Shown one piece after another: positions 27,705 through 36,349 of a stretch of DNA of 64,000 nucleotides. The stretch spans positions 1,600,001-1,664,000 of the forward strand of contig OZ223236.1 of the NCBI GenBank assembly GCA_965140445.1, given 5' to 3'. This DNA is from Candidatus Ozemobacteraceae bacterium (GTDB lineage: Bacteria > Muiribacteriota > Ozemobacteria > Ozemobacterales > Ozemobacteraceae). Below the pieces are notes generated by a model, which ran no database searches, had not been told where the DNA came from, and worked only from the letters and a program-made list of their open reading frames with translations. The position numbers and the translations under genes are program-made. Every line of letters begins with the position of its first letter. The stretch's first letter is position 1.

Positions 27705-27961
27705 TGGTCTCCAAAGACCTCGTCATAAGAATGCCAGCTTGCTTTACCGTCTCTAAGTCTAGCCTGAGCATCTATCATTGCTTTCTGGAATGCAGGATGT
27801 GAAAGAATCTGTTCTGTCCTTTCACCTTCAGCACGGCGTTTAAGTGCCAAAAGGTATTGAGTTATCATATCTGCGACAGAAGTGCGGTTTTCCGCAGCAA
27901 AAAGTCTTATAAAGTCGGCCAAGTCTTGATCTAGACTAATGTTTATTCTTGTTTTTGTCAT
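27701..27961 (-). CDS. Ribbon-helix-helix antitoxin
   Basis: RINISLDQDL..FAAENRTSVADMI; C-terminal SYDEVFG; AGGAGA RBS and TATAAT upstream. Confidence 0.75.
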   Translation of the reverse strand: MTKTRINISLDQDLADFIRLFAAENRTSVADMITQYLLALKRRAEGERTEQILSHPAFQKAMIDAQARLRDGKASWHSYDEVFGDQ

Positions 27962-28017
27962 AATGAATCTCCTGTTCCTATTATACGCATATCAGGAAAC
28001 ACCTGCAACTTTTTCAA

Positions 28018-28200
28018 AGCCAGACCGAAGCCGCCCCGAGGGTTTAACCGGAAGTGCCGCGACACCGGGGCCGCCGGGCTCCCGGCGTGGGGTGGGGTTT
28101 GGTATCTGCTCAATAAAATCTTAGAGCGATGATTTTAGCTTTAAAATTACCACTCTAAGAGAAAAAACCGTCTGCTTTTAGGGCTGTTTTTCTTTTCTAA
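28018..28200. repeat. Repeat B, copy 1 (GC-rich, structured)
   Basis: Aligns with 31430-31610 and partly with 36759-36816; CGCCGGG-CT-CCCGGCG hairpin; palindrome core at 28120-28159. Confidence 0.88.
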
Positions 28201-28226
28201 TCACCGTTTTCACAGGTCCGACCCCT

Positions 28227-28871
28227 TCAGCCTGATTTATTCGTCCCATCAGGCATTATGGAAAAGAACTTTTTTAGCAATAAAAGGGGAATTCCCAAAA
28301 CATCCGAAATATACTTAATACTTCGTAAATCTATTGGCACCGCTTTTACCACTGTAATACAAGAAGATTTAATACTTGCTTGCTTCCTAAAAGCATCTTG
28401 AGCAACCCTTAAATCTTCGTTGGGAAAATAAAAAAAGCAGTTTTTTCCAAGAGATGGCACAGCCACCAAAGAAAGAGAAAACAGTCGTCCTAAGTCATAG
28501 CTTGAAGTAGAAACCATATTACAGTAAATATTTGTAATATAAGGTAGGCAGTTTTTTCCAAAGCATTCGTTGATAACATGATTTTCAAAAAAATCCCAAT
28601 AAGTTCTACCTCCTTGAGCTTTGAGTCCTGAAACATATTCTCCAATTCTTTCAAGCTCTGATTTATTATTTGAAAAGTAGTGACATAGGATTATAGGAGT
28701 CGCAGAATGCCCTAAGTTTTTCAACTTAAAATCTGCGTTTTGAACTGTTTTGTTTGGATTATTGATTATTTCTACTTTTTTCGAATCTAATTCAACCCCT
28801 ATGGAGAAAAGCAATAGTGAAAAAAAAGTAAACAGCTTGATTGAATAAAGAACCAAATTTATCAAATTCAT
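28227..28871 (-). CDS. Putative immunity protein 1 (hydrophobic N-terminus)
   Basis: AT-rich ORF directly downstream of Rhs 1; GAGGG RBS. Confidence 0.65.
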   Translation of the reverse strand: MNLINLVLYSIKLFTFFSLLLFSIGVELDSKKVEIINNPNKTVQNADFKLKNLGHSATPIILCHYFSNNKSELERIGEYVSGLKAQGGRTYWDFFENHVINECFGKNCLPYITNIYCNMVSTSSYDLGRLFSLSLVAVPSLGKNCFFYFPNEDLRVAQDAFRKQASIKSSCITVVKAVPIDLRSIKYISDVLGIPLLLLKKFFSIMPDGTNKSG

Positions 28872-28914
28872 TTCCCTCGTCTAGCTATTTCCAGTAGTTT
28901 TTAATAGCAAGAAG

Positions 28915-30474
28915 CTATTTTGGGGGTTGATAAAAACTATTTAGGGTAAAATTAACTTGCCATCCAATCGAGTCTACAGCAATTGGCGGATGCATTGCAG
29001 TTTCCCCAAGACTGTTCAGTTTCCATCTATCACCAATCTTTTTGACCTCCTCCACATCTACAACAGTTGTCACAAACTTATAATTAAACTTGTAAGGTAA
29101 TAGAGGCTTGCGTTCTTCTTCTTTGCCTGGTTCAGGATAAAATACGCCCGGAGAATCACTCCAAGTAATACCAGGGGAAATATCGTTTAATACAGGATTT
29201 TTACCATAATAGGGTATGTTGGTTTTATGATCGCCCTTGTCAATTTCCCATTTTCCTTTTGTATCTAAGAATTTAACACTGTATCCCGGCTGACCTGGAA
29301 CCCCCATCGTATCCATTATAGGACCATAAGAGTTGGTTGCAGAGCCATTAACCCATTGAATTACACCATATCTTTTTTCTGCTGGCGGACAGTCATCTGT
29401 GGATGGCGGCGTTGGCTCACCTTTCCATTGCCAATCAAAGGTTACTTTTTGGCCTGCTTTAAACCTTCCGTTCTCCATTTGCATTTTTTGAAGAGGACTC
29501 ATTGTTACTTTTATTACCAAACCAAATGGATCAGTGTAAATCAACGGATTGTTTGCAACATAACCATAAAGATTATTACCGCCATTAAAACCTATCGGGT
29601 CTTTTGAGATAAATCTGCCTAATGCCGGTGAGTAGTAACGGTTACGGTTGAAATACTGATTCGTGATTTCTGAGTAACGTCTCCCGGTATAGAGATATGG
29701 GGTTAGTTTTTTGGCGAAGGATTTGCCGAAGGCCCAGCCATTGTGGTTGGCGTGGCCGAAGCCCCAGGTGGTGCCGAATCTGTTGAGGTAGCTTTCGAAT
29801 TCGTTTTCTTCGCAAGGAGATTTCTTGCAATCTTTGTCATTCCAGCGGAATTCACCCCAGGCATCGTAACCGATTCTGGCGATTGCTTTGCCGTCTTTGC
29901 TGGTGAGAGCAATTGTTGAGCCGAGACCGTCTTTGAGCATGGCCAGAGACAGGCGATTGTATCTGGTATAGGCGATGTCATCGGAACCAGGTCCACCGAT
30001 GAATTCTCTGAATATCTTGAGTTGCGGTTTTGCTGGTTTGCATCTACCACGGAATTTGAATCTTGGTTCAGTTCCCAGGTATTCGTGTGATTCGTCAGCG
30101 CCATCATAGATTGAAACATAGGTTAGCTCTTCGGATTTTGGATTGCAGCCAAATCTCTTTTTAGAATCTGACTGGATCTTTCCGGTTTTGCGAGTAATTC
30201 TGCGCCAATCCTGCGGCAGATATGTGTATTCTTCATAAGCAACAGATTCTTTGCTGTGTTTCAGATGACCATAGCCATGACCTTTTCTGTTCTTGTCATG
30301 CTTGCAATCGCCAAGAGTCTTTTCAACTCTCACGAGTCTGTTGTCAGAATTCCATATGTATGAAGCTTCTGAGTCAGAAAGCATGTTGCCATCAGCATCA
30401 TTCAAAAGAAAGTCGGGGAAAAAACCTTTGCATAGAATTTCCGCCATTTCCTTGGGTTCTGTTGTTTCCGTCAT
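28915..30474 (-). CDS. Short Rhs core plus variable C-terminal toxin 1
   Basis: YDAWG, YLYTGR, RYYSPALGRFISKDPIG and NNPLIYTDPFGL, then about 200 unique aa. Confidence 0.88.
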   Translation of the reverse strand: MTETTEPKEMAEILCKGFFPDFLLNDADGNMLSDSEASYIWNSDNRLVRVEKTLGDCKHDKNRKGHGYGHLKHSKESVAYEEYTYLPQDWRRITRKTGKIQSDSKKRFGCNPKSEELTYVSIYDGADESHEYLGTEPRFKFRGRCKPAKPQLKIFREFIGGPGSDDIAYTRYNRLSLAMLKDGLGSTIALTSKDGKAIARIGYDAWGEFRWNDKDCKKSPCEENEFESYLNRFGTTWGFGHANHNGWAFGKSFAKKLTPYLYTGRRYSEITNQYFNRNRYYSPALGRFISKDPIGFNGGNNLYGYVANNPLIYTDPFGLVIKVTMSPLQKMQMENGRFKAGQKVTFDWQWKGEPTPPSTDDCPPAEKRYGVIQWVNGSATNSYGPIMDTMGVPGQPGYSVKFLDTKGKWEIDKGDHKTNIPYYGKNPVLNDISPGITWSDSPGVFYPEPGKEEERKPLLPYKFNYKFVTTVVDVEEVKKIGDRWKLNSLGETAMHPPIAVDSIGWQVNFTLNSFYQPPK

Positions 30475-30554
30475 TTCCGCTCACTTTTGCTTTGTCTTTT
30501 TATAGTTAGTTAATATTATAAAACAAACACCCATTAAAAAAAAGAAGCGATATT
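30475..30554 (-). promoter_or_regulatory. Conserved promoter-like leader upstream of all four Rhs genes
   Basis: TGTTTGTTT-TATAAT (TACAAT in copies 3 and 4) about 40 nt before ATG; homologous blocks at about 33738-33817, 36350-36433 and 38897-38980. Confidence 0.55.
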
Positions 30555-30640
30555 AACTGCTTATTCTATTGTCGGAACCCAGCAAAACCAGTGAATTTTC
30601 CTAAATATACGATTTTTTCCGCATTCTGTGGTTTCCTCAG

Positions 30641-30812
30641 GTTGAATCGAAAGAGCTTTTTTTAAGGCTCTTTGACGTCATGCTGGCTCAATATTAAAAA
30701 TCTTAGAGCGGCATTTTTACTGCTGAAAATGCCGCTCTAAGGACAAAAAACAGATATTTTTAGACTATTTTACTTTATCTGTAAGACTTTCCGCTGGTCC
30801 GACCCGGAATTC
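30641..30812. repeat. Repeat A, copy 2
   Basis: Palindrome CTTAGAGCGGCATTTT-N8-AAAATGCCGCTCTAAG at 30702-30741. Confidence 0.9.
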
Positions 30813-31042
30813 TTGAAGTTGATACTCGGACGCGAGTTTGCCGGAAAAAACGTGCTGATGCTAATGTCGTTTTCTCTGGCGTAATCGATGGCCTTTAGTG
30901 CGGTTTCAGCGGATATTGGCGGGTTGTTCAGATGCAACTTTTCAGCGTGGAAAGCTAAAAGCCCTGATGCAGTTATTAGAAACATTATCAGAAGGGCTAA
31001 AAGCCTTGTTCTTGGTTGTTTTAAGTTGCCTCTCATAAGCAT
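30770..31042 (-). CDS. Short exported/membrane ORF, possibly a truncated N-terminus
   Basis: Basic plus hydrophobic N-terminus; last ~13 codons lie inside repeat A; TGnTACAAT upstream. Confidence 0.5.
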   Translation of the reverse strand: MLMRGNLKQPRTRLLALLIMFLITASGLLAFHAEKLHLNNPPISAETALKAIDYARENDISISTFFPANSRPSINFKNSGSDQRKVLQIK

Positions 31043-31282
31043 TTTTACCTTTGTTTATTCTTTGTTAAAGCCATTGTAGCATAGCTTTGTTTTATTGGAA
31101 ATTAGCTGCAGTCTTATGTCATTTACTGTCATCTTGAATAATCTATAGGCAACTTTTAATCATAAAAGCTTCTATTAATCGGTTGCAGCGTCTTGGTATT
31201 GAAGATGAAGGGAGGGGCAGCGGGTATTATTTGTCAACCCTTTTAACATTGTAAACCCTTTATTAAAGACCAACTAAGGGGC

Positions 31283-31310
31283 GGTTTGCATAATGCGTAT
31301 TATGTAAAGG
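31283..31310 (+). other. Xer (XerC/XerD) dif-like recombination site
   Basis: GGTTTGCATAA-TGCGTA-TTATGTAAAGG in 11-6-11 layout, versus E. coli dif GGTGCGCATAA-TGTATA-TTATGTTAAAT. Confidence 0.65.
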
Positions 31311-31391
31311 CATGGGATTCCCAGTGCCCGAGGTTTGGCGAAGAGTGACCGCAAACAAGGTCTTATATTGGGCCATTACCTGACTAGCACC

Positions 31392-31620
31392 GGCGCGATC
31401 TGTGCTCTTAGGTGCGGTTGCAAGGGAGCAGCCAGACCGAAGCCGCCCGAGGTTAATAACGGAAGTGCCGCGACACCGGGCCGCCGGGCTCCCGGCGGGG
31501 GTTGGGGATTTGGGAATTGCCTGATACAAACTAAGAGCGGTGATTTCAGTTTTAAAATCACCGCTCTAAGAGTTAAAACCGCCTGTTGTTAGAACTGTTT
31601 TCTTTTGTTAACGATCGTTC
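31392..31620. repeat. Repeat B, copy 2 (longest)
   Basis: Shares its left part with 36721-36816 and its right part with 28018-28200; palindrome core at 31531-31570. Confidence 0.88.
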
Positions 31621-31636
31621 TTCGCGTGCCGGCAAT

Positions 31637-32218
31637 TTATTCAAAGATGTCAGGAGGGACGTCTTTATCTAAATTAGAAACATAAAAGCCTTGCCCGGAA
31701 AACCCTAATTCAATAAGTCGATTCTCAGTTTCTCCAGAAAGCTTCTGACAACAGAAAAGGTTTTCTCGGAATTTTTCTTCTGTTATCTGACCTGAAAATG
31801 CCAGAAAAACACATAAAATATCATTGCCAGCCTGGTAGTTTTCAATTAATTTTCCCTCTGGAAATATGTATAAACAAAATATTTCACCGCTAAGACCTAT
31901 TTCCGTGAGTGGAACAGTACCAGAAATCAAGCCTACTTTCTTTACATTTCCGACTTTAAGCCACTTTGGTTTATTCAGAATTTCCCCAATTTGTCGCAGA
32001 GTCATACCTATTCGTATATGCCTTCTAAATAGACAATAGGCACATCTTCTTCTAAAAAAATCAGAAAAATTCGCATTGTTAACTTTTGCCAACCAGTAAT
32101 TTGAGCTTTCTTCTGGCATTACAACTGTAGAAGACGCATTAACAGTTAATTCCATACCAAACAATGTATTGGGCAAAAGAAAAGCAAGTATGCAAAGCAG
32201 TTTAAACATAGAATTCAT
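31637..32218 (-). CDS. Putative immunity protein 2 (signal peptide)
   Basis: Starts 16 nt after the Rhs 2 stop; MFKLLCILAFLLPNTLFG signal. Confidence 0.68.
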   Translation of the reverse strand: MNSMFKLLCILAFLLPNTLFGMELTVNASSTVVMPEESSNYWLAKVNNANFSDFFRRRCAYCLFRRHIRIGMTLRQIGEILNKPKWLKVGNVKKVGLISGTVPLTEIGLSGEIFCLYIFPEGKLIENYQAGNDILCVFLAFSGQITEEKFRENLFCCQKLSGETENRLIELGFSGQGFYVSNLDKDVPPDIFE

Positions 32219-32234
32219 AGTTGCTTACCAACAA

Positions 32235-33737
32235 TTATTCAATTTTTGTCCAGTTTTCTGATGGGCACCAATAATTCCAATGATAAGTAGCACGTCTTTT
32301 AACTGGATTAGACCCGCCGATTAAACCAGGATCAGTTCTTGTAGCAGGGCGAGAGAACGAAGGTGATTGTCGAGTTACAGAGAAGCTGCTTGGCAACTCC
32401 TGCTCATCATAGTATTTTGCAATTCCTTCAATGGTGACCGTACCTTTTGACTTTCCAAAATCCGGCAATCTCCAAATATCCCTTAATCTGTCAGCATACG
32501 GGACTTCTGAATTGACAAGGCCTGGAGAAACAACCCAAGCTTCCCAGAAATAGAAAGGCTCTTTAACGTGGTTAAAGTAAAAGTCTTCAATAAGATCTTC
32601 TTTTGCAATATCATCTTCATCTAGAATTTCAACATCCGGATACGATATTTCTTGTATAATAAGGCCTTTTCGAGGCACTAAATCAAGTAGCCATTGGATA
32701 TACCAAACAAATTTTGAAGTATCTTTTTTCGGATCCAGAGTCGTTCGATAAGATAGCGTTGGCGACGGGAATGGCACCGAATAACGACCAAACGGATCAG
32801 TAAACAACATCGGATTGTTATCAGCATATCTGTAAAGGTTCATTCCTCCGTTGAAGCCTATGGGGTCTTTTGAGGTGAATCTACCGAGTGCTGGTGAATA
32901 GTAACGGTTACGGTTGAAATACTGATTGGTGAAGCTAGAGTAACGTCTTCCAGTATACAGATATGGAGTCAGCTTGCTTCCGAAGTGTTTTCCGAAAGCC
33001 CAGCCATTATGGTTGCCACGTCCGAAGCCCCAGGTATTTTCAAGACGATCAAGGTAATTGTCGAAATCTTCGTCTTTGCATGGCGCATGATTGTCTCTTC
33101 CATCCCAGCGGAATTCACCCCAGGCATCGTAACCGATTCTGGCGATTGCTTTGCCGTCTTTGCTGGTGAGAGCAATTGTTGAGCCGAGACCGTCTTTGAG
33201 CATGGCCAGAGACAGGTGATTGTATCTGGTATATGCGATGTCGTCAGAACCAGGCCCACCAATGAATTCTCTGAATATCTTGAGTTGTGGCTTAGCTGGT
33301 TTGCATCTACCACGGAATTTGAATTTTGGTTCAGTTACCAGGTATTCGTGTGATTCGTCAGCGCCATCATAGATTGAAACATAGGTTAGCTCTTCGGATT
33401 TTGGATTGCAGCCAAATCTCTTTTTAGAATCTGACTGGATCTTTCCGGTTTTGCGAGTAATTCTGCGCCAATCTTGCGGCAGATATGTATATTCTTCATA
33501 AGCAACAGATTCTTTGCTGTGTTTCAGATGACCATAGCCATGGCCTTTTCTGTTCTTGTCATGCTTGCAATCGTCAATAGTCTTTTCAACTCTCACGAGT
33601 CTGTTGTCAGAATTCCAGATGTATGAAGCTTCTGAGTCAGAAAGCATGTTGCCATCAGCATCATTCAAAAGAAAGTCGGGGAAAAATCCTTTGCATAGAA
33701 TTTCCACCATTCCCTTGGGTTCTGTTGTTTCCGTCAT
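32235..33737 (-). CDS. Short Rhs core plus variable C-terminal toxin 2
   Basis: Core ends NNPMLFTDPFGR, then about 182 unique aa. Confidence 0.88.
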   Translation of the reverse strand: MTETTEPKGMVEILCKGFFPDFLLNDADGNMLSDSEASYIWNSDNRLVRVEKTIDDCKHDKNRKGHGYGHLKHSKESVAYEEYTYLPQDWRRITRKTGKIQSDSKKRFGCNPKSEELTYVSIYDGADESHEYLVTEPKFKFRGRCKPAKPQLKIFREFIGGPGSDDIAYTRYNHLSLAMLKDGLGSTIALTSKDGKAIARIGYDAWGEFRWDGRDNHAPCKDEDFDNYLDRLENTWGFGRGNHNGWAFGKHFGSKLTPYLYTGRRYSSFTNQYFNRNRYYSPALGRFTSKDPIGFNGGMNLYRYADNNPMLFTDPFGRYSVPFPSPTLSYRTTLDPKKDTSKFVWYIQWLLDLVPRKGLIIQEISYPDVEILDEDDIAKEDLIEDFYFNHVKEPFYFWEAWVVSPGLVNSEVPYADRLRDIWRLPDFGKSKGTVTIEGIAKYYDEQELPSSFSVTRQSPSFSRPATRTDPGLIGGSNPVKRRATYHWNYWCPSENWTKIE

Positions 33738-33903
33738 TTCCGCTCACTTTTGCTTTGTCTTTTTATAGTTAGTTAATATTATAAAACAAACATCCATAAA
33801 AAAAAAGAAGCGATATTAACTGCTTATTCTATTGTCGGAACCCAGCAAAATCAGTGAATTTTCCTAAATATACGATTTTTTCCGCATTCTGTGGTTTCCT
33901 CAG

Positions 33904-34075
33904 GTTGAATCGAAAGAGCTTTTTTTAAGACTCTTTGACGTCATGCTGGCTCAATATTAAAAATCTTAGAGCGGCATTTTTACTGCTGAAAATGCCGCTC
34001 TAAGGACAAAAAACAGATATTTTTAGACTATTTTGCTTTATCTGTAAGACTTTCCGCTGGTCCGACCCGGAATTC
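33904..34075. repeat. Repeat A, copy 3
   Basis: Near-identical to 30641-30812; palindrome at 33965-34004. Confidence 0.9.
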
Positions 34076-34150
34076 CGTAATTCAAAAGCTTCTCAGCTTG
34101 ATATTGCTGGTGACCAATTCATGCCGCAGAAAAAGAGGCTAAATTAAAAA

Positions 34151-34444
34151 TCAGGCGTTCAGTAAAGCCTGGCAGATTGCTTCCGGGTTGGTCTGGGCTA
34201 TTTTCAGTAGAACCATTGCCGGGCCTTCTGGCCTTCTGCGGCCCTGTTCCCAGTTTCTGAGAGTGGCAACGCTTATGCCGATCATCAGCGCGAATTCCTG
34301 CTGAGTTTTGTGCAGCTTCTCTCTAATCTGCTTTACATCGAGCGGAGTTATTTCAAGGACTCTGCTCGGTTTCATCTCACCGCGCCGAATCTTTCCGGCC
34401 TGTTTAATGCTGGTTACCAGATTGTTGAAGTCACTGTCTTTCAT
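34151..34444 (-). CDS. higA: HigA-type (XRE HTH) antitoxin
   Basis: TQQEFALMIGISVATLRNWEQGRRRPEGPA; own AGGAGG RBS before ATG 34444. Confidence 0.85.
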   Translation of the reverse strand: MKDSDFNNLVTSIKQAGKIRRGEMKPSRVLEITPLDVKQIREKLHKTQQEFALMIGISVATLRNWEQGRRRPEGPAMVLLKIAQTNPEAICQALLNA

Positions 34445-34621
34445 TTGAATTCCTCCTCTGCCGCTTTCCGACCAACGCAGTTTCCGTAAGCCACCGCTGC
34501 CCTTGATAATATCTCCGGCAACCGGACAACGTACCAATGCCTGCTGCATTTCCTTGTATTCATCATCTGGCATTAATTTGACTATAACGGCGGTAAAAAC
34601 AGAAGTTTCTATTATTTCCAT
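34445..34621 (-). pseudogene. higB: HigB/RelE toxin truncated at its C-terminus and fused in frame to higA
   Basis: IETSVFT..GDIIKGSGGLRKLRW..GRGG runs straight into the antitoxin; the usual RVIYY half is absent. Confidence 0.75.
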
Positions 34622-34627
34622 AATTCT

Positions 34628-34646
34628 ATTATACGCCATTGGCGCA
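34628..34646 (-). promoter_or_regulatory. higBA -10 box with an overlapping palindromic operator; probably a leaderless start
   Basis: Minus strand TGCGCCA-A-TGGCGTA overlaps TATAAT, which lies 6 nt before ATG 34621. Confidence 0.6.
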
Positions 34647-34810
34647 TTGACTGGATGACCAGGAAACAGTTATTAAGCTGATAGATGCAATGATAGTTAA
34701 AAATAGAGTAGAGGGAGCTTTGAAGATTGCTTAGCTGATCAGAAGCAGCTAAAAGAATAAATTGGTTATAAGCTGATAAGCCGGAACGGGTTAACTGCTT
34801 GTAATCAATG

Positions 34811-34845
34811 ACATAGCCCCACAGGGAAATCCCGTGGGGCTATGT
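34811..34845 (-). terminator. Hairpin after immunity gene 3
   Basis: ACATAGCCCCAC / GTGGGGCTATGT inverted repeat. Confidence 0.6.
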
Positions 34846-34861
34846 GTTAAGGCGTTATTAT

Positions 34862-35179
34862 TTATTGTCCATTAAAAAAAAGGACTTTTGTCGTTTTGTT
34901 TGAAAAAACAATTATATAAATTGTCTCATCTAGCTTCGTGTTGTTAGTGTAATGAAAAGCCCAAGAATAATCTGAAGAATGATTTACAACTTTAGTCTCA
35001 GAGTAGCTTTTGGGATCAATATTTTCATTATTACAATAGTTTAAAAAAGTGGCCTTGGAGATTCTCTTTGCTTCTTTTTTCGGTAGAGCTTTTTTTACAC
35101 ATCCTCCTAGAACAATTGCTGAAAAAAGCAAAAAACATAGAACATCAAGAAGCTTTTGCTTTCCGGTCTTGCTTTTCAC
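34862..35179 (-). CDS. Putative immunity lipoprotein 3
   Basis: Lipobox VLGGC; GTG start abuts the Rhs 3 stop. Confidence 0.72.
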   Translation of the reverse strand: MKSKTGKQKLLDVLCFLLFSAIVLGGCVKKALPKKEAKRISKATFLNYCNNENIDPKSYSETKVVNHSSDYSWAFHYTNNTKLDETIYIIVFSNKTTKVLFFNGQ

Positions 35180-36349
35180 TTATAGTCCCCAAACTTCCTT
35201 CCAATAAATCGTAACTTTGCCATGTTTTTCCACTTTTGTTGCAGGCAAGCTTCCGCTACCAACTTTCTTTTGAGAACCATAAAATCTAATTTTGTAACTA
35301 ATTCCATGAAGAAAAAGTCTTCCAATTCCTGCCAAAGTTTCGCCAACCAATCCTCTATCTCCTCTTTCAAAACCATAATCATCTTCAGAACCTATTAATT
35401 TACCATTAAATGACCAAGTAGAATCTTTATTGATTTTAAGTTTTCCCTTCAATCTTACCCCAATTGTTCCTAATAAAAGAATTTGGTTGAGTTTTGCTGA
35501 AAAATGCTCTAATTCATTAATCTCTATTTCTGTATCTTCACATCTTTTTCTATTTATTTCTTTCCATATGCTTGGAAACTGGGTTAGATGGATATGATAA
35601 GTTCTCACATTTTTAAAGTTGATATTGATTGGCTCACCTGGTTTTCCATCTACTCCCCAATAGTTCTCCATTCCGTCTCTTGCAGAGAATAATCCCCATG
35701 GAACAGTATAAATTAATGGGTTATTGTCGGCATACCTGTAAAGATTGATGTCTCCATAAAAACCTATCGGGTCTTTTAAGATGAATCTTCCTAGTGCAGG
35801 AGAATAATACCTATTACGGTTGAAATACTGGTTCGTGATCTCAGAGTATCTTCTGCCGGTATAGAGGTATGGGGTTAGTTTTTTGGCGAAGGATTTTCCG
35901 AAGGCCCAGCCGTTGTGGTTGGCGTGGCCGAAGCTCCAAGTGCTGCCAAATCTTTTTAAGTAGCTTTCGAATTGGTTTTCTTTGCAAGGAGATTTTTTGC
36001 AATTTTTGTCGTTCCAGCGGAATTCGCCCCAGGCATCGTAACCGATTCTGGCGATTGCTTTGCCGTCTTTGCTGGTGAGAGCGATTGTTGAGCCGAGACC
36101 ATCTTTTAGCATGCCCAGAGACAGGCGGTTGTATCTTGTATATGCGATATCGTCGGAGCCAGGTCCACCGATAAATTCTCTGAAGATGGTCAGTTGCGGT
36201 TTTGCTGGTTTGCATCTACCACGGAATTTGAATCTTGGTTCAGTTCCCAGGTATTCGTGTGATTCGTCAGCGCCATTCAAAAGAAAGTCAGGAGAAAATT
36301 CTTTGGGTAAAATTTCCGATATTTCTTTTACTCTAGTTGTTCCCGTCAT
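35180..36349 (-). CDS. Short Rhs core plus colicin M-like C-terminal toxin 3
   Basis: Rhs core motifs; C-terminal LGTIGVRLKGKLKINKDSTWSFNGKL..DDYGF..RGLVGETLAGIG..YKIRFYG resembles the colicin M catalytic domain. Confidence 0.82.
   Translation of the reverse strand: MTGTTRVKEISEILPKEFSPDFLLNGADESHEYLGTEPRFKFRGRCKPAKPQLTIFREFIGGPGSDDIAYTRYNRLSLGMLKDGLGSTIALTSKDGKAIARIGYDAWGEFRWNDKNCKKSPCKENQFESYLKRFGSTWSFGHANHNGWAFGKSFAKKLTPYLYTGRRYSEITNQYFNRNRYYSPALGRFILKDPIGFYGDINLYRYADNNPLIYTVPWGLFSARDGMENYWGVDGKPGEPININFKNVRTYHIHLTQFPSIWKEINRKRCEDTEIEINELEHFSAKLNQILLLGTIGVRLKGKLKINKDSTWSFNGKLIGSEDDYGFERGDRGLVGETLAGIGRLFLHGISYKIRFYGSQKKVGSGSLPATKVEKHGKVTIYWKEVWGL

Larger units (their letters stand above)
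29842..30812. repeat. About 970-bp near-identical duplication (Rhs 5' part, leader, repeat A); partner at 33105-34075
   Basis: Constant offset of 3263 nt at both ends and at the start codons. Confidence 0.92.

Noticed and set aside
30533..30543. Poly-A tract in the Rhs promoters as a phase-variation switch
   Set aside because: Spacing is the same in all four copies (TT-A8 versus T-A9).
31263..31592. Short ORFs overlapping repeat B (also 27939-28124, 36503-36847, 36640-36822)
   Set aside because: Open only because the repeat is GC-rich; indels between copies break the frames.
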